Shown here one piece after another: positions 1-31,713 of a stretch of 64,000 bases of DNA. Source of the stretch: Chrysomallon squamiferum. Its lineage: Eukaryota; Animalia; Mollusca. Position numbers and translations under genes: made by a program. The stretch's first letter is position 1, and each line of letters starts with the position of its first letter. The notes below the pieces were generated by a model. That model was not told where the DNA came from. It did not search any database and saw only the letters and a list, made by a program, of their open reading frames with translations. The stretch is from positions 7,688,001 through 7,752,000 of the forward strand of contig CM022666.1 of NCBI GenBank assembly GCA_012295275.1, read 5' to 3'.

Positions 1-519
1 AACACGGAACACACGAATGACATGTGGATGGATGGATCTATTCAGTGTCTAAAAGGTCAGAGTGACATTACTCATTACCAACATCAATATCCATACATCA
101 TAAAATACAAAGTGTTTGGGTTATTGAACTTTTCTCTATTTATGTAAAAAGAAATTTAACCTTCAAAATTTACAAAAAAAAAAAAAATTAAAAAGAAGAA
201 AAATAATGTCGAACATTTTAAAGCAAATCCTAGTTACACTGACAGATTTGTTAGTTTGGCGGAATTTTTACGACTTGTCGTTTTGTAAATTAAAAAATGA
301 AAAAAAAAAAAGAATGATGATGATGATGATAATGATTTGAAGCAATTTTTGCAGGAAATAAGTGCACGTATGAAAAACCTTATTGATTACTTTTCTTTAC
401 ATGCTGTTGAGGACAGAACAAGATGATTTCTAAATACGTAATCATTCATAATAAAACATCTACGCTGTTTCAAAAAGCTTTATTTCATTAGTTACTTACT
501 TATTTATAGATTTGCATAT

Positions 520-577
<58 letters not shown>

Positions 578-585
578 TTCATTTT

Positions 586-628
<43 letters not shown>

Positions 629-1165
629 TTTGTTTGTTTGTTTATTTATTTATTATTATTATTATTATTACTGGATATCTTTGCTTCGTTCAGTATTTGT
701 CTATCGAGACATTTCAGTATCATATACTTACATTACTTTAACCCCTTTGCATAAAAATATCGGCTGCAACAGAAACTGTAAAATTATCAAATAAAATATA
801 AATAAGTCACAACTTCTTCGTTTCACTTACAGAATGACGTATTGCATTTTTTTTTTTTTTTTTTTGACCGTATGTTTTGGTGTTTTGTGACAATTATACA
901 GCTTTCGTACAAATTGACGTCCTCGTGACAATATCGTGTGCAAAATCGGACATGTTGGACCGGAGGCTGGTGACGTCTGTCACGACGGAGCCTGCATCGA
1001 ATGCTGATGTTGTACGCCAACGGAACATTTGATTTTGATGTCGTATGCTGAGCACGATGTGTTTGGATTCACAGTTAATTTATTTTCTTCTATCTACGTC
1101 AGAATTAATTATAATAATCAAACAGGAGTTTAGTCAATTTTCTTTTTCTCATTTTTTATCTTGTT

Positions 1166-1265
<100 letters not shown>

Positions 1266-1534
1266 CGTTGTATGTGTCTATCTGTCTAATTTGGATTATC
1301 TCTTTCTCTTTCTATCACTCCCAAACTTTGTCTTTCACTTTATATATCTATCTATCTATTTATCTATCCATCCATTTGTCCATCTCTCTATCTTTCTATC
1401 AACCCATGCATACATTATTCTATCTATCTATCTATATATATATATATCTGTTTTGTCTGTCTGTCTGTGTATGTATCTATCTATCCGTCTGTTCATCTAT
1501 ACGTATATCAATATATCCCTCTGTTAACCCATCC

Positions 1535-2325
1535 GATTCTAGGACAACTTGCCCCCGGAGAAGTGCCCACCCGGAGAAGTGCCCCCCAGGATAATTTCCC
1601 TCTGGACAACTGCTCCCTCATCTGTTCTTCCAATAATGATTTTCAAGCCTAATGACATACATGTATAAGGACACATTTTTTAAACTTCAAAACTAATAGA
1701 CCACATATAAAATTAAAATTCAGAGTAGTCTGTGCATAGTTTTCTAGTAAAGCTTTGTATAGCGACAGTTCATTCACTAATACAGCTCAACAATAACCAT
1801 GTAACGAACTGCCAAACTAAAGAGTTGAATTTGGCGCCAGATGCATTGGCTCAAATGAAAGAAGCATCCAGTCACAGCACAGTTTAGCTTTACAGACATG
1901 TTGTCTTCTACCTTCACACTCTGAATCAACGAACTTCATCTTATAGAATATAATACTTTTGCTACAAGGCTTGACCTAATATGCTGTTTTATAGATCACT
2001 TGCCAAATCAAAGGAAACTTTAGCATTTAATCAGCCTGAATTAGTAATTAGCTGACTCTCGTTAGCTTTGATGTTGGATGATATTTTATAAGATGTTTTA
2101 GCAGATTAAAGTAATCCAAATGCCTTTACTCAAGTTTAATTAGTAATTAACTGACTCTAGTTAACTTTGACTAATTTACTGGAATTAGTAATCCAAATTC
2201 CTTTAATCAAGTTTAATGTAACACACTTTGACTAATTTGTTGGAATGTTGCTTGAAAATCATTCTGAATGGTATATTTGAAGAAAAATTGGGGGTAGTTG
2301 TCCGGGGGGCAATTGTCCTGATACC
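1535..2325. mobile_element. Non-autonomous TIR DNA element, MULE-like, ~790 bp
   Basis: Left end GATTCTAGGACAACTTGCCCCCGGAGAAGTGCCC resembles the reverse complement of the right end (GGTATCAGGACAATTGCCCCCCGGACAACTACCCC). Subterminal GGACAA/GGAGAA-CCCC repeats are present. It is flanked by 9-bp direct repeats AACCCATCC (1526-1534) and AATCCATCC (2326-2334) with one mismatch; a 9-bp TSD is typical of the Mutator superfamily. Confidence 0.7.
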
Positions 2326-2546
2326 AATCCATCCTTCTCTCTATTTTAGTTTTTTCTTACTTGCTTTCTTTTTTTCTCTCCCTTTGCGAATTACAGTTAT
2401 TATATACAGATACCTGAACATACACGCACATTCACACAGACATGTATATCCTTATACACACGCACACACACATACATCTTACACACAATATAAAATCCAA
2501 ACTACATACACACACACATATACATACGTATATTATACATACGTAC

Positions 2547-2577
<31 letters not shown>

Positions 2578-3093
2578 CTCACAAAAACCCAAGTACACAC
2601 ACAAACACATAAATACACACACAGACATACAAGCAATAAACACACACTAAACACGTTCTTCTACAATGAAAACTGTGCTTCAGTGGCCAACAGCTGTGAG
2701 AAATTCCTTTTGTATTCACCTACATGTGTCAATCTAAAGTCTACCAAAATGTCGACGAACGATTTTAATTATCAACTGACTAGGACGTCCCCAAAGTACA
2801 GTCGGTTTGGAAACAGCAGAGATATAAACCGGAAATTTATCTAGGCAATCGTAATCCGCCGAGATACATTTCGTGACAAAAATGTCAGCGCGAAGACTTT
2901 AAAACGTTAGCGATCGCCGAGGAATCACGAACTGAGAACGAGGCTTTTGACCGATCGTAATACACAGAGACCTTTAGGTAGTCAATACGACGATTTAATT
3001 AATTTCATTTATCACTGGGTACGTGTAACCTTTCACAGATGATCATATTGAAGAAGAAAAGAAGAAGAAGGGAGAGAGAGAGAGAGAGACAGA

Positions 3094-3164
<71 letters not shown>

Positions 3165-3281
3165 AAACAGAAAGAAAGATATAAAGAGAAATAAAATAGA
3201 GAGACAGAAGCAAGGAGTTACGGAGATGGACGAATGGTTGGATGGATAGATAGAGAGGTATAAATACAGGCTTTAAGACAC

Positions 3282-3377
<96 letters not shown>

Positions 3378-3968
3378 GAGAGCACAGATTCAACATACAA
3401 TAAGAGAAAGGTATAAATTCAAACATTAAGACAGTGACTTGAAGTGAGGCATAGGTACAGGCATTCACACAGAGACAGGCATAGAAATAAACATTCAGCC
3501 AGAGACAGGCATACAAACAGTTTTGAAACAAAGAGAGACAGATACTGAGCTTGAGAGAGAATCTGAGAGTTCGTGACAGATGGGAATAAATGAAGAAAAA
3601 AAAAACAGAGCGAGAATGTTCGTGTTAAAACCGTAAAGAGACATTGAGTGGATTGTGTAAATGAGTACCTGCAATAAAAAATAGAGAAAAAAACCCCAAC
3701 GTGTAATGATTAAATTAGTTTCTTCTACGAATGAGTGTTAGGCTTTCAGGGAAGAAAGAAAATTAACCAATAAGATTGTGACAGGCACAAAAAGGCGAGA
3801 GAGGGAGAATTAATCACAAAGTCGCAGAATCACACAGTAAAAGAAAGAGACAATGAGAGACAGAGACAGAGACAGAGACAAACAAGAGAGAGAGAGAGAG
3901 AGAGAAGAGAAAGAAAAAGAAAAGATGCATATATGTAGAAAGGAAAATATAAAAAAGAAAATAATGTG

Positions 3969-4029
<61 letters not shown>

Positions 4030-4435
4030 CACTAACCAGCACAAAAGAAACTTTAAAATGAAATTTCGTTTGTTCATAGTGACGCAGCTGACGTTTGAAG
4101 GTCGCCATAATGATGAAAAGTTTGCCAGTCTGATCAAAAAAAAAAGAAAAAAAAGAAATCTGGGTTTTCTGACATGTAATAGGGTTGAAAAACTTCCTGT
4201 TAATATCTTTATGGTGACACCATCGTCGAAATATATCGACAAAACATCACTGTAACACACCTAAACACCATCGTACACGACGTTCACCAAGGCCAAATAT
4301 TCAGTAACGCCTTCTGACAATTTTTTTTCCTTCTTTTTTTTCCTTCTGTCCATTTATTCCCATTTGATATTTTCGTCCTCTTACTCTCGTATCACTTTAT
4401 TTTTATTTCTCTCTGCCACCCCTTTCCATCCGACA

Positions 4436-4581
<146 letters not shown>

Positions 4582-4964
4582 ATACATATGTGTGTAGTAG
4601 TAGTAGTAGTAGTATTACTATTATTACTACTACTACCATATTACTACTACTACTACTTCTACTACTACAACTATTATTATTATTATTATCATCATCATCA
4701 TCATCATCATCATCATTATTATTATTATATCTACCACCCCTCCAAAACAAATGCATCTACATCTATCCACCATTTAGCCCATCCATAACACACACAAGCT
4801 ACGCCCTTGAAAACAGAATGTTAATCGAAATTTTCATTTCTGTGTCAGCGCATCATTCATTATGTCATCTTTGTACAACTTTGGTCAATACCTTTACAAC
4901 ATCATAACGTCACTGCAGTTGCAGCTGTTTATGAAAACCGTGCAGAAGGTGAAGTAACGTTGTG

Positions 4965-6625
<1,661 letters not shown>

Positions 6626-6704
6626 TATGTTATCGATCGGAATCTGTTGTCGATGTGAGAATGTTTATTTTTTAAATTTGAATAATTTTCGTTTTTTAAT
6701 TCTG

Positions 6705-6737
<33 letters not shown>

Positions 6738-7939
6738 GAATAAAGGAAAAGAAATTATGTGTTTTGCTTACACAATCTTTGAAGTTATTAAAAAGAGATA
6801 AATGGACATAAAAAGAATAATAGAATGTTTCGTTTATTTTTTATTTTTTTTTAAATCGGTATTGTTAGACCCTTTTATGGTCAGTTATGAAATAACACAT
6901 ACATATATAACTACAAACAAACATGTGTACTCAATGTAATGAAACGTACAATAGTCGTTTTCCTTTCAATTTAGTGAACATATTAAAAAAAAAAAATCTA
7001 AATCAAATTAAATTAAATTCACTGGGATGTTCGAAATTAGAAATCAAAACTGTAATTAAATTTGGACCTAACAGACATTCCGTAAAAAAACAAAATATTT
7101 AAAATAATAATACTTAAAAATTAAGATAAAAACTAACAAAACAAATATATGAGCAAACTCCAAGGTCATCGACCTTTATTTGAAAGCACTTTCAAAAACC
7201 AATCATTCCATTTTTCAGAAATAACGTACACTAAAACAAACAAAGCTTGTCTTGGCTGCAAATCAAGAAACATGCTTGAATTTAGTAAACGTAAAGACAT
7301 TTCTAATCACTGATAGATCAATGATAAAATTTCATTTCACGATGCCCATAAATATCAATATTCGCTTTTAACGTCTTGCATGGACAACGTGTACTGAATG
7401 TTATACCAGTATGTCTCTAAAAAGACTTTAACTGGCAAACCATCGGTCTGCTTGTTTGTTGTAGTAGTAGTAGTAGTTGTTGTTGTTGTTGTTTTACCAT
7501 ATGGCAGTAAAATTGCTAGGACCATATCAAAGGCTTCTGGGAAATAAGGTCAATGCTTAGGATCCCAGATCCGCGCTTTTCAAGACTAGCAGAAGCTCAC
7601 AACACCTAAAAACGTCATTTCCTGGTTTAAATGAGAAAGTCGTGATTCATTAATCACAAAAGGCTATTTCACAAAATTAGCCACTAGAGGACGCTTCCTG
7701 TAGATCAGACTCCGTTGGTAAGACAACTTTTCTTCTATTTTTTTTTTACGAAGAAAGAAAAAGATGAAAAAGAAGAAAAGGGGAAAAAAAAAAAAAAGAG
7801 GAAGGAAGTAAAAGGAAGAAAAAATAGAAAAGAGAGCAGTAAAGAAAGAAATTAAAAGTAATTTTTAAAAAAAAACTTAGCGCGGAAAGGTTAATTGGTT
7901 TCTTTAAGATTTTTTTTTCTATTCTTCTCCCCACCCACA

Positions 7940-7997
<58 letters not shown>

Positions 7998-8354
7998 TTC
8001 TTTGTTATATTAAAATAATCTTTAAAAGAAAGAAAGAAAGAATCTGAAAAAGATATAAACGCAAAACCGAAAATTATCTTTTCACCACGTTAAACTAATT
8101 TGGAATAACTTTTACCTCTTTCAAATTGTCTGGAATATCAATACTTATAACCTGATTTTGTAGGCAGCTATATTAATACTGGGACCACATTTGGATAAAA
8201 ATAAATTGCAGTCTTTACCTAACATCTATTGTTTTTTGGCTTTGCTTTAAGGATAAAATAATATTCCAAATAAACTTTTCTGTGAGTGTTTTTTGCCATG
8301 ATGTAATATTCTATTCTATTTATTTATATTTTATTTTATTATTTTATATTATTA

Positions 8355-8404
<50 letters not shown>

Positions 8405-9861
8405 TTGTTGAGGTTGTTGTTAACTTATTTAGTTACTTATTTGCTCATTTATTTATTTGTGCATTTGTTTGTTTGTTTATTTATTTATTTGTTGATTTGT
8501 TGATTTATTAATTAATTCATTTATTTATTGTTTGTTTGATTGCTTGTTTGTTTATCTATTTATTGTTTTGTTTGTTTGTATATTTGTTTATTTATTTATT
8601 TATTTGCTCGTTTGCTTTTCTCTTTCTTTCTTTCTTTCTTTATTTATTTTCTTTCTTTATTATTTATTATGGCTGTCGTTACGGCTGTTTTTATACGTCA
8701 ACCATCAATTACTATTCACTACTACGTCTAAATTATTATTATTATTATTCTGAGTATGTATATATATTTATATATTTCTGTGAGTGTGGGTGTTTGTATG
8801 TATGTACGTGTGTATATGTGTTTGTGTGGTGTGGTGTGTGTATGTGTACGTGTGTGTGTGTGTGTGTGTGTCCATGATTTTATTAACTGAAAACGTGACA
8901 CAGTTTTCTAAAATTTACATCTCATTCGTAATGAAAGCACTCAGTGTCAAATGTTCCGGTCCTGATCAAAGTTCCGCTACAGATTTTGCTAAGTGTATAA
9001 ACAAACCTTTATTTTCGGCTGCATTAACTTTCGACGATAACCAACGATGACTATTTATTTGATTTGTTGTAGCTGCTGTTAGAATAAATGCATTTATTTA
9101 TTGAACGAACACGTTTGCAACAGGCCACGTGATTTCCTACGCTGATTATACACTATCCTAACCATTTTACACAGTTGAAAATATGTTTACGCATTGTAAA
9201 AAAGTTCCTACTTCTGAATCCATAAATATTTCGATTATTATTATTATTATTATTATTATTTTATTTTATTTTATTTTATTCTGTTTTATTTTATTTTATT
9301 TTTATTTTTATTTTTTTATTATTATTATTTTTGTTTTCCTATAGGAATAAGGCTGTTGAAACATTAAGTAATAGCTTCTGAGTAACATTTGATGTTTAAA
9401 AGAAAAATAATGTTTTGCTATAAAAGAGAATGGAAGTGAAAATTAAAAATCGCTTTCAATTAAGGTCTGGTTGTGAAATATCTCTCTTTAATATTTCTGC
9501 TGTCACTTCAAAGGAAAATATTCTTTACAATTTCTTACCCGAAATTTAGTTTCGGATCAAAAACATACACAAATCTGCTCACTTTTACTTTATGAAATTT
9601 TTTCTTTTTTGTTCGTTCGTTACAAAATAAATCCGGCTTGATTATATTTCACACACATTTTCTTTTTTTCCTTTCTTTCTTTTTTTTTTTTTTTTTAATT
9701 ATTTTAAATATATTTATTTATATTTCTTTCTCTAAAATCTTTGAGATAAGAGTCAATTTATATGGGTTTTTTGAAAAGGAAATCATAGCATATTTAAGTC
9801 GAGAGATTGTTGTTGTTGTTGATGCTGCTGTCGCTGCTGTTGTTGTTTTTGTTATTGTTAC

Positions 9862-9900
<39 letters not shown>

Positions 9901-9969
9901 TGCTGCTCCTACTACTACTACTAGTACTACTACTACTACCACTACTGTTGTTATTATTATTATTAATAT

Positions 9970-10005
<36 letters not shown>

Positions 10006-12046
10006 GACTACTACTATCACTACTAATGCTACTAATACAACAACAACTACTAATATCAGTACTACAACTACTGCTGCTTCAACTACTAATACATCTTCCT
10101 CTCCTACTACATATTTATTATCCTTTATCTTGTTCTTTCTGTCTGTCTGTCCAGGCAAGTCTGCACTCTATAAAGATCAATAATAATTTGCTTTATGCGA
10201 GACTGGTCTGATATCTACAATCTGTCGGAATCGGTTCTGGAAGGAAAGTTAAAGTTTATTTTCTTTAAAAACCCACAGGAATATATTGATTGATTCTCTA
10301 CCACGCACTCTTTGATTAAACATTTGTTCAACCAAAGCACAAGAGCAGAGCTATAAAAGTTCTATTAACAAATGCTGGATGTCAAATTCTGAGAATACGA
10401 ATACAGCAAATTACTTAATTTTCCATTGTCGGCTGCTGCTGGATAACAAGCATGTATTCTCAGTTGATAGTAATCTCCTGGGTTTCTATTTCTTCTCTTA
10501 AATATGATATAAAAAATGAATACAAAGATATTAAATCAACTAATTGTGAAGCAATTTATTTCAATATAAAATTATAAACATTATTTAGAGATGCAAAACA
10601 GAAATGAAAGCACAAAAAACAAACACCGGTGAGAATATCCTCTTTTTTTTCTTTGTCTCTCATCCATCCGTCTGTCCATATATCTATCTATCTTTCAGTT
10701 CAACCATCTATCTGTCTGTCTCTCAGTTTGTCTGTCTATATATCTGGTCATTCATCTTTATTACTAAGTAAATATATAAATTTTATATGTATATATGTAT
10801 GTATATACACACACACACACATGTACGTACATATACGCACACACACATATATATACTTACTTCCTACATGTAATATATCTGAATCTCTCTACATATTTTT
10901 CTGTTTCAGTCTATCTGTAAGATTTTATCTGAAATCGCTTTTAAAAATATACGAAGTACAGTTTTACTAATACACACACAAAAAAATATTTAAAAAATCA
11001 TATAAGAATAATAGTACAGTTATAACGCAAACCTTCAAATTAGTTATATATACATAACATGTGACTTGATAAATAACAAAACCAAGTCACCGGAATTATA
11101 AACAAAAGTATATACAAAAAAAATGAAACAAAAAACCCCCCAAAACCCCGGTAAAAACTAAATTTTAAAATTCACACTAAATAAACCACAGAATCCTTCG
11201 ATGTCCACTCAGCCTGTTTACAAATTCTCCGAAGATCGTCAGAAGTACTGATGTTCAACTTAGCACTTACTGGGATCTGTGAAAGAAAAGCTTTTCTAAT
11301 GCACGATGCCCGACCCAGAACTAAATTATATTTTAAATTCAATAGTATTCACAGTGAATTTAAATATAAAGAACAAAATTAAAAATAATCTTGAAATCAA
11401 AAAAAATGTTAGGTCAAGTTTATATACAGAATATTGTGATCCTATAAAAATATCAAAGAAGAATTAATCTTAAAATAAAACATACTTGAACAGTTTTACA
11501 TAGTCTGTGTGATCCTAGACGCATATAACTATTTATAATATTGAATTTATGAAAATAAAATTTTCAAAAATTATTCAGTTTTCACGTTTACACACTTAAT
11601 ATTAAATAAACGCAAGGATGATGCTACTGAAATAGAAGATGCTAATTTATAGTCGAAATATACCGTGCATAATTTCAACTGATTGCTTTCTGCTTATGTA
11701 CAGTTTGATAATTTGAATAATCTAATAATTAATAGTAAGAAAAAAAAAAAATATATATATAGATACATATTAATTATATGCTATAACAGCAGGCAGATCC
11801 GAACTATAGCACCACAGCATCAGTAAACTTACACAGTTTATTTTATATACAAAATTTATACGCCAGGGGAGATAATAAATGTGCGTTGATCCGGAAGGAA
11901 TGTCGCCGAAGGGGGCGTAATCGGAACTGCAGTTTTTCTCGAATACTGCTGTTATTGATATTACCATCATAATCACTATCACTATTAAACTCTTTTCTGA
12001 AAATTTAATAACCACCGCCGACAACGAACATTCCACATTTCATCCT

Positions 12047-28274
<16,228 letters not shown>

Positions 28275-28340
28275 GTTCTTATCCGTTGCGCAGTCTCTGT
28301 TGCAGATGTGTGGCAGACGTCAAAAAGTTGTTGTTTTCCT

Positions 28341-28347
28341 TTTTATA
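28341..28347 (-). promoter_or_regulatory. Putative TATA box of the VWDE-like gene
   Basis: TATAAAA(AG) on the minus strand, ~70 nt upstream of the ATG at 28274. It is retained in the duplicate near 49588. Confidence 0.45.
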
Positions 28348-29380
28348 CACGATTAAGGCGCGAACGTGTAACATCGGTGAAAATGAACAAGGAAGCGGAC
28401 TCGTTTCCTCCAGTCTGACTAACGCAATGAACCGCACAGTCAAGAAGTTTTAAGCATAAAAAATTACACGTTGTGAGCACAAATATATTAAGACTGTAGA
28501 TTCTGTTACGGCTTTATGCTTTTAATTTTGTGATTGTCACACACAAAGTTATGATAAACAGGTAAGGATTTTTAGTATGAGTCATTATTGTTTTGTTCTA
28601 GTAAATTAAAATATTTAGAAAAAAGAAAAAGAGAAAAGACTATTAATAATACACCCAGATTAATCATTTTTCATGTCGCGAATGTTATCATTATCATATT
28701 CATGATTTTTTATTTTTTTTTTATTTTTAAGCAATAATATCTTCTTAATTTGATTTGATTTTATTGTTTTGAATTATTATTGTTATCATCATTATCGCTT
28801 TTATCGGATCTCGGTATTTTGCGGGGGGTGGGATATTTTATTTTATTTTATTTATTTCTTATTTCATTTTACTTTTTATGGTTTGGGGCGGGCATCGTGG
28901 GGCATTGTGGGGCATTTCTGAGGGGGGTTGGTTGTTGTTGTTTTGTTGTTGTTTTTTAATTTAATATTTTTATTTTAATAATCCGTGTATCATCTGCAGT
29001 TTATTTACTGATAGTTTATTTTCAGTTTATGATTTATTCTTCTTTCTCTCAGTCTATCATTTCTTGTTAAAGTTTTGCTACTAGTACTAGTACTACGACT
29101 ACTACTATTACTACTACAACTACTACCGTTATTATTATTATTATTATTATCTTTTTTTTTTTTTTTTTTTATTTATTTTAATTATTTAATTATTTTGTTA
29201 TTTTGTATTTTTACTATTATACATATTTTTAATGAACGTCTTCCTACTTTAATATTTCATTTTACATTCCTCGAATTCATTATTAACTGTAATCATCAAT
29301 GTAATATACATTATGTTAATATAAAATTAAATATTGGAGTCTCTGAAATAATCAACGATTATCTCTGTGATAATTATTAC

Positions 29381-29746
29381 AGTTCGATAGTCTTCGGACA
29401 TATCCACGGAAAATGTCGAATGTTTTCCATAACCGTCTTACTACGTGGATGTATTTCCGGCTGAACTATACAAATGTTTTTACCAAGTTATTGTAATAAA
29501 TAAACAATTATGCTGTAGTTAGAATAATATATGGTAACATATTTTAAATTGATATCCTTCGTTTTATTAAAAGCGAATAAATGCGAATATAATTCTAATA
29601 AACAGTCGCTAAGTGAGAAGCTGCGCATGAATATTAAACCGTTGTTACCATAGCAACCATTAACAATAGCGACCGGTAGCAAACACACGCTAGACGTAAA
29701 CTTGGCAAACTGCTGCAGCATTAAACGTTTAGACATCTGCAATGGC
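29381..29746 (+). repeat. Direct duplicate of the EFHC2 proximal promoter, ending at the EFHC2 ATGGCG
   Basis: Near-identical to 52779-53145. Similarity stops at ...TTAGACATCTGCAATGGCG, the first two EFHC2 codons. Confidence 0.9.
29644..29657. promoter_or_regulatory. RFX X-box, duplicated copy
   Basis: GTTACC-AT-AGCAAC matches the X-box consensus GTNRCC-N0-3-RGYAAC. Confidence 0.6.
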
Positions 29747-30339
29747 GGTTGTTGTTTTAAGTTGGCAATACAAATAAATGACCTGATAAATTGTTTCAAA
29801 TTTATTCTTTCAAAGCTATTATTTGATTGTTTTGTGTAGACACTCATTGTTCATAATCATGAAAAAGAAATATTACTACAACAGATTGCCGCTATTTTAC
29901 CTTTTCATAGCTGGAGTCATGACATCATTGTATGGAGGTTGACGTCACAGCTGTATTATTTCTGACAATATAAGAGCTCAGCACTTCTCTCCTAACCTCG
30001 ATGACGTCACGACTACATAAACATTGCGACGCTCAGATATTTTTTAAGTGTACCTTCTCATTGGTCAAGGTTGGACAGCAAGATTAAATATATAAATAAA
30101 ATATAATAAAATAGAAGTTTTCCAGCTATATTTAAACTATTTCTTTAATATATATATATATATTAAATTATTTCAAAATTTGGATTATCGTTTCAAACTA
30201 AAACAGTAAAGAAAGGAAGATAAAAAATATATTTAGAGAAAATAATCATTTAAAAATGAGGCTTGTAAAAAGCAGAGTAGACACCCGAGTTTAACTTACC
30301 GTCATATTGACTAGTACAAGTTTTCTTTACGTCTGTAAA

Positions 30340-31102
30340 CTCGACATCAGCTGGACGAAGCAGAAATCGAGCCTCTTCACTAAACCAGACAGTTCTCCAT
30401 CGTAACTGAGGTCAGACTCTGTGCACTTGACACTACTGACGTCGTAGTCGACGTTGTTGTTGAGTCAAAACCACTCTTCTTAGAGGCTGTCTGGCTCGAA
30501 TACCTGCCTCGCTTAAACGATTGCGCTCTGTCTGAGCCGATATTCTACGCATACTTGGTATTGCTGAATCAGTAGAGGTTGCTGTGGTGGTTCTTTCCCG
30601 TAGATGAAGTATCCTTATGTAGCGGTCCTGGGCCCTGGTGGTTACACGTGGTCTACCTGATCTGGGACTGTCACGTGTTGTTTCGTGTTGCTGGAACCGA
30701 TGCCACAATCTCAAGATGGTGCTTGGGGACACATGGAACACCCGGGCTACGGCCGAGAAGGATTCGCCAGCTTGTAAACGGCCGATGGCGTTGTTTCGTT
30801 GCGGTTCACTCAGTCGTGGCATTTGTTTCATGTTGGGTCAGAACAAAAATAACGAACAGAAGTATTCGTAAACCTTGCATTTTTATAAACCTCGTATTCA
30901 AGTTTCATGTGCCGCACGTGCATATGCATGCGGGGACGTTTTGGCTAATGAACACAATCATAGCCTTTATTTTGTGTTACGTGCTTTTTGGCGACTGTTA
31001 CAAAACGTTTGAATCACCAAATGTCATTATATTCATAGTTTGTACATTGATATGTACATTATCTAGGAAATAAACAATTCTGCGTTTCTTTTTGGAAGAG
31101 TA
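30340..31102 (-). mobile_element. Truncated Tc1/mariner transposon (5' TIR, HTH region and start of the DDE domain)
   Basis: ORF MPRLSEPQRNNAIGRLQAG..VARVFHVSPSTI.RL..RF..T.D.PRSGRPRVTT.AQDRYIR...RNRL.EAG..AR is a Tc1-type HTH. It continues through stops to WRTVWFSEEARF, matching the W..V.FSDES.F motif. TIR-like end TA|TACTCTTCCAAAAAGAAACGCA at ~31081-31104. The 3' half is absent. Confidence 0.9.
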
Positions 31103-31191
31103 TATTTCATAAGAAATATAATAATGTTGTTGAGTAAGGTCAGATATAAAAGTTTTATTCAAGATTTACGAGTTAGAGTTATTTCCCTTAC

Positions 31192-31713
31192 ATTTCCCTT
31201 TAGGAATGAACCGTCGTTTGCAGTTAACCAGTTTGGCGGGCATACATTTCTGTTTTTCTTGATCAAAGAGTTCAGGGTAAGGGCATTCATTCTCGTACAC
31301 TTTCAGTCCAGGTTTTGCCGTCGTCTGTTTACAGTCGTAAAACAAAGCACAGTTTTCTGGATTCGCGAATTTCAGATCTGGTTTGAGTTCGCACTGTCAT
31401 CATCATCATTATTGCTATTATTATTATTGGTAGATAGATAGATAGATAGATAGATAGTTTGTTAAACAAAAATACAAGCAGAAAACAGACACAGATAAAT
31501 ACGTGTCATATTTTTGCAGTTGCCTCGGCCGAGCATACAGACTTTTGCTTTGCTGTCGTACTGCAGATGCCACGTGCACGGCATCCACCTGGCAAAGAAG
31601 ACGCCGTCAGCAGCCTTCGTGCACTGAATGAAGCCGTACGTAGCCGTAACGTCGTAACCTTTCAAAGCGATGGCGTAGGTGAACGAGAACACGATGAAAC
31701 ACAGAGAAAACAT
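31192..31713 (-). pseudogene. Degenerate paralog of the chitin-binding gene (first two coding exons, 31503-31713 and ~31192-31393)
   Basis: MFSLCFIVFSFTYAIALKG...GFIQCT...WMPC..LQYD..KVC..G.G.C aligns with 44697-44985 but lacks the two N-terminal Cys. The second exon CELKPDLKFANPENCALFYDCKQ...YENECPYPELFDQEKQKC.P..VNCK.R.IP aligns with 44174-44392. No phase-1 acceptor is found for it, and no downstream exons are seen before the Tc1 element. A possible 5'UTR exon has its donor at 32527. Confidence 0.7.

Noticed and set aside
823-1060. GC-richer island with a minus-strand GTAAGT donor at 825-830
   Set aside because: It may be a non-coding first exon of a gene to the left of the window, but no recognisable ORF or partner exon supports it.
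10240-10500. Possible reverse-oriented SINE tail
   Set aside because: The resemblance is from memory only and the sequence is too degenerate to define boundaries.
29488-29847. 119-aa minus-strand ORF shared with 52922-53140
   Set aside because: Antisense reading of the duplicated EFHC2 promoter. It has no protein motif and its ends differ between copies.
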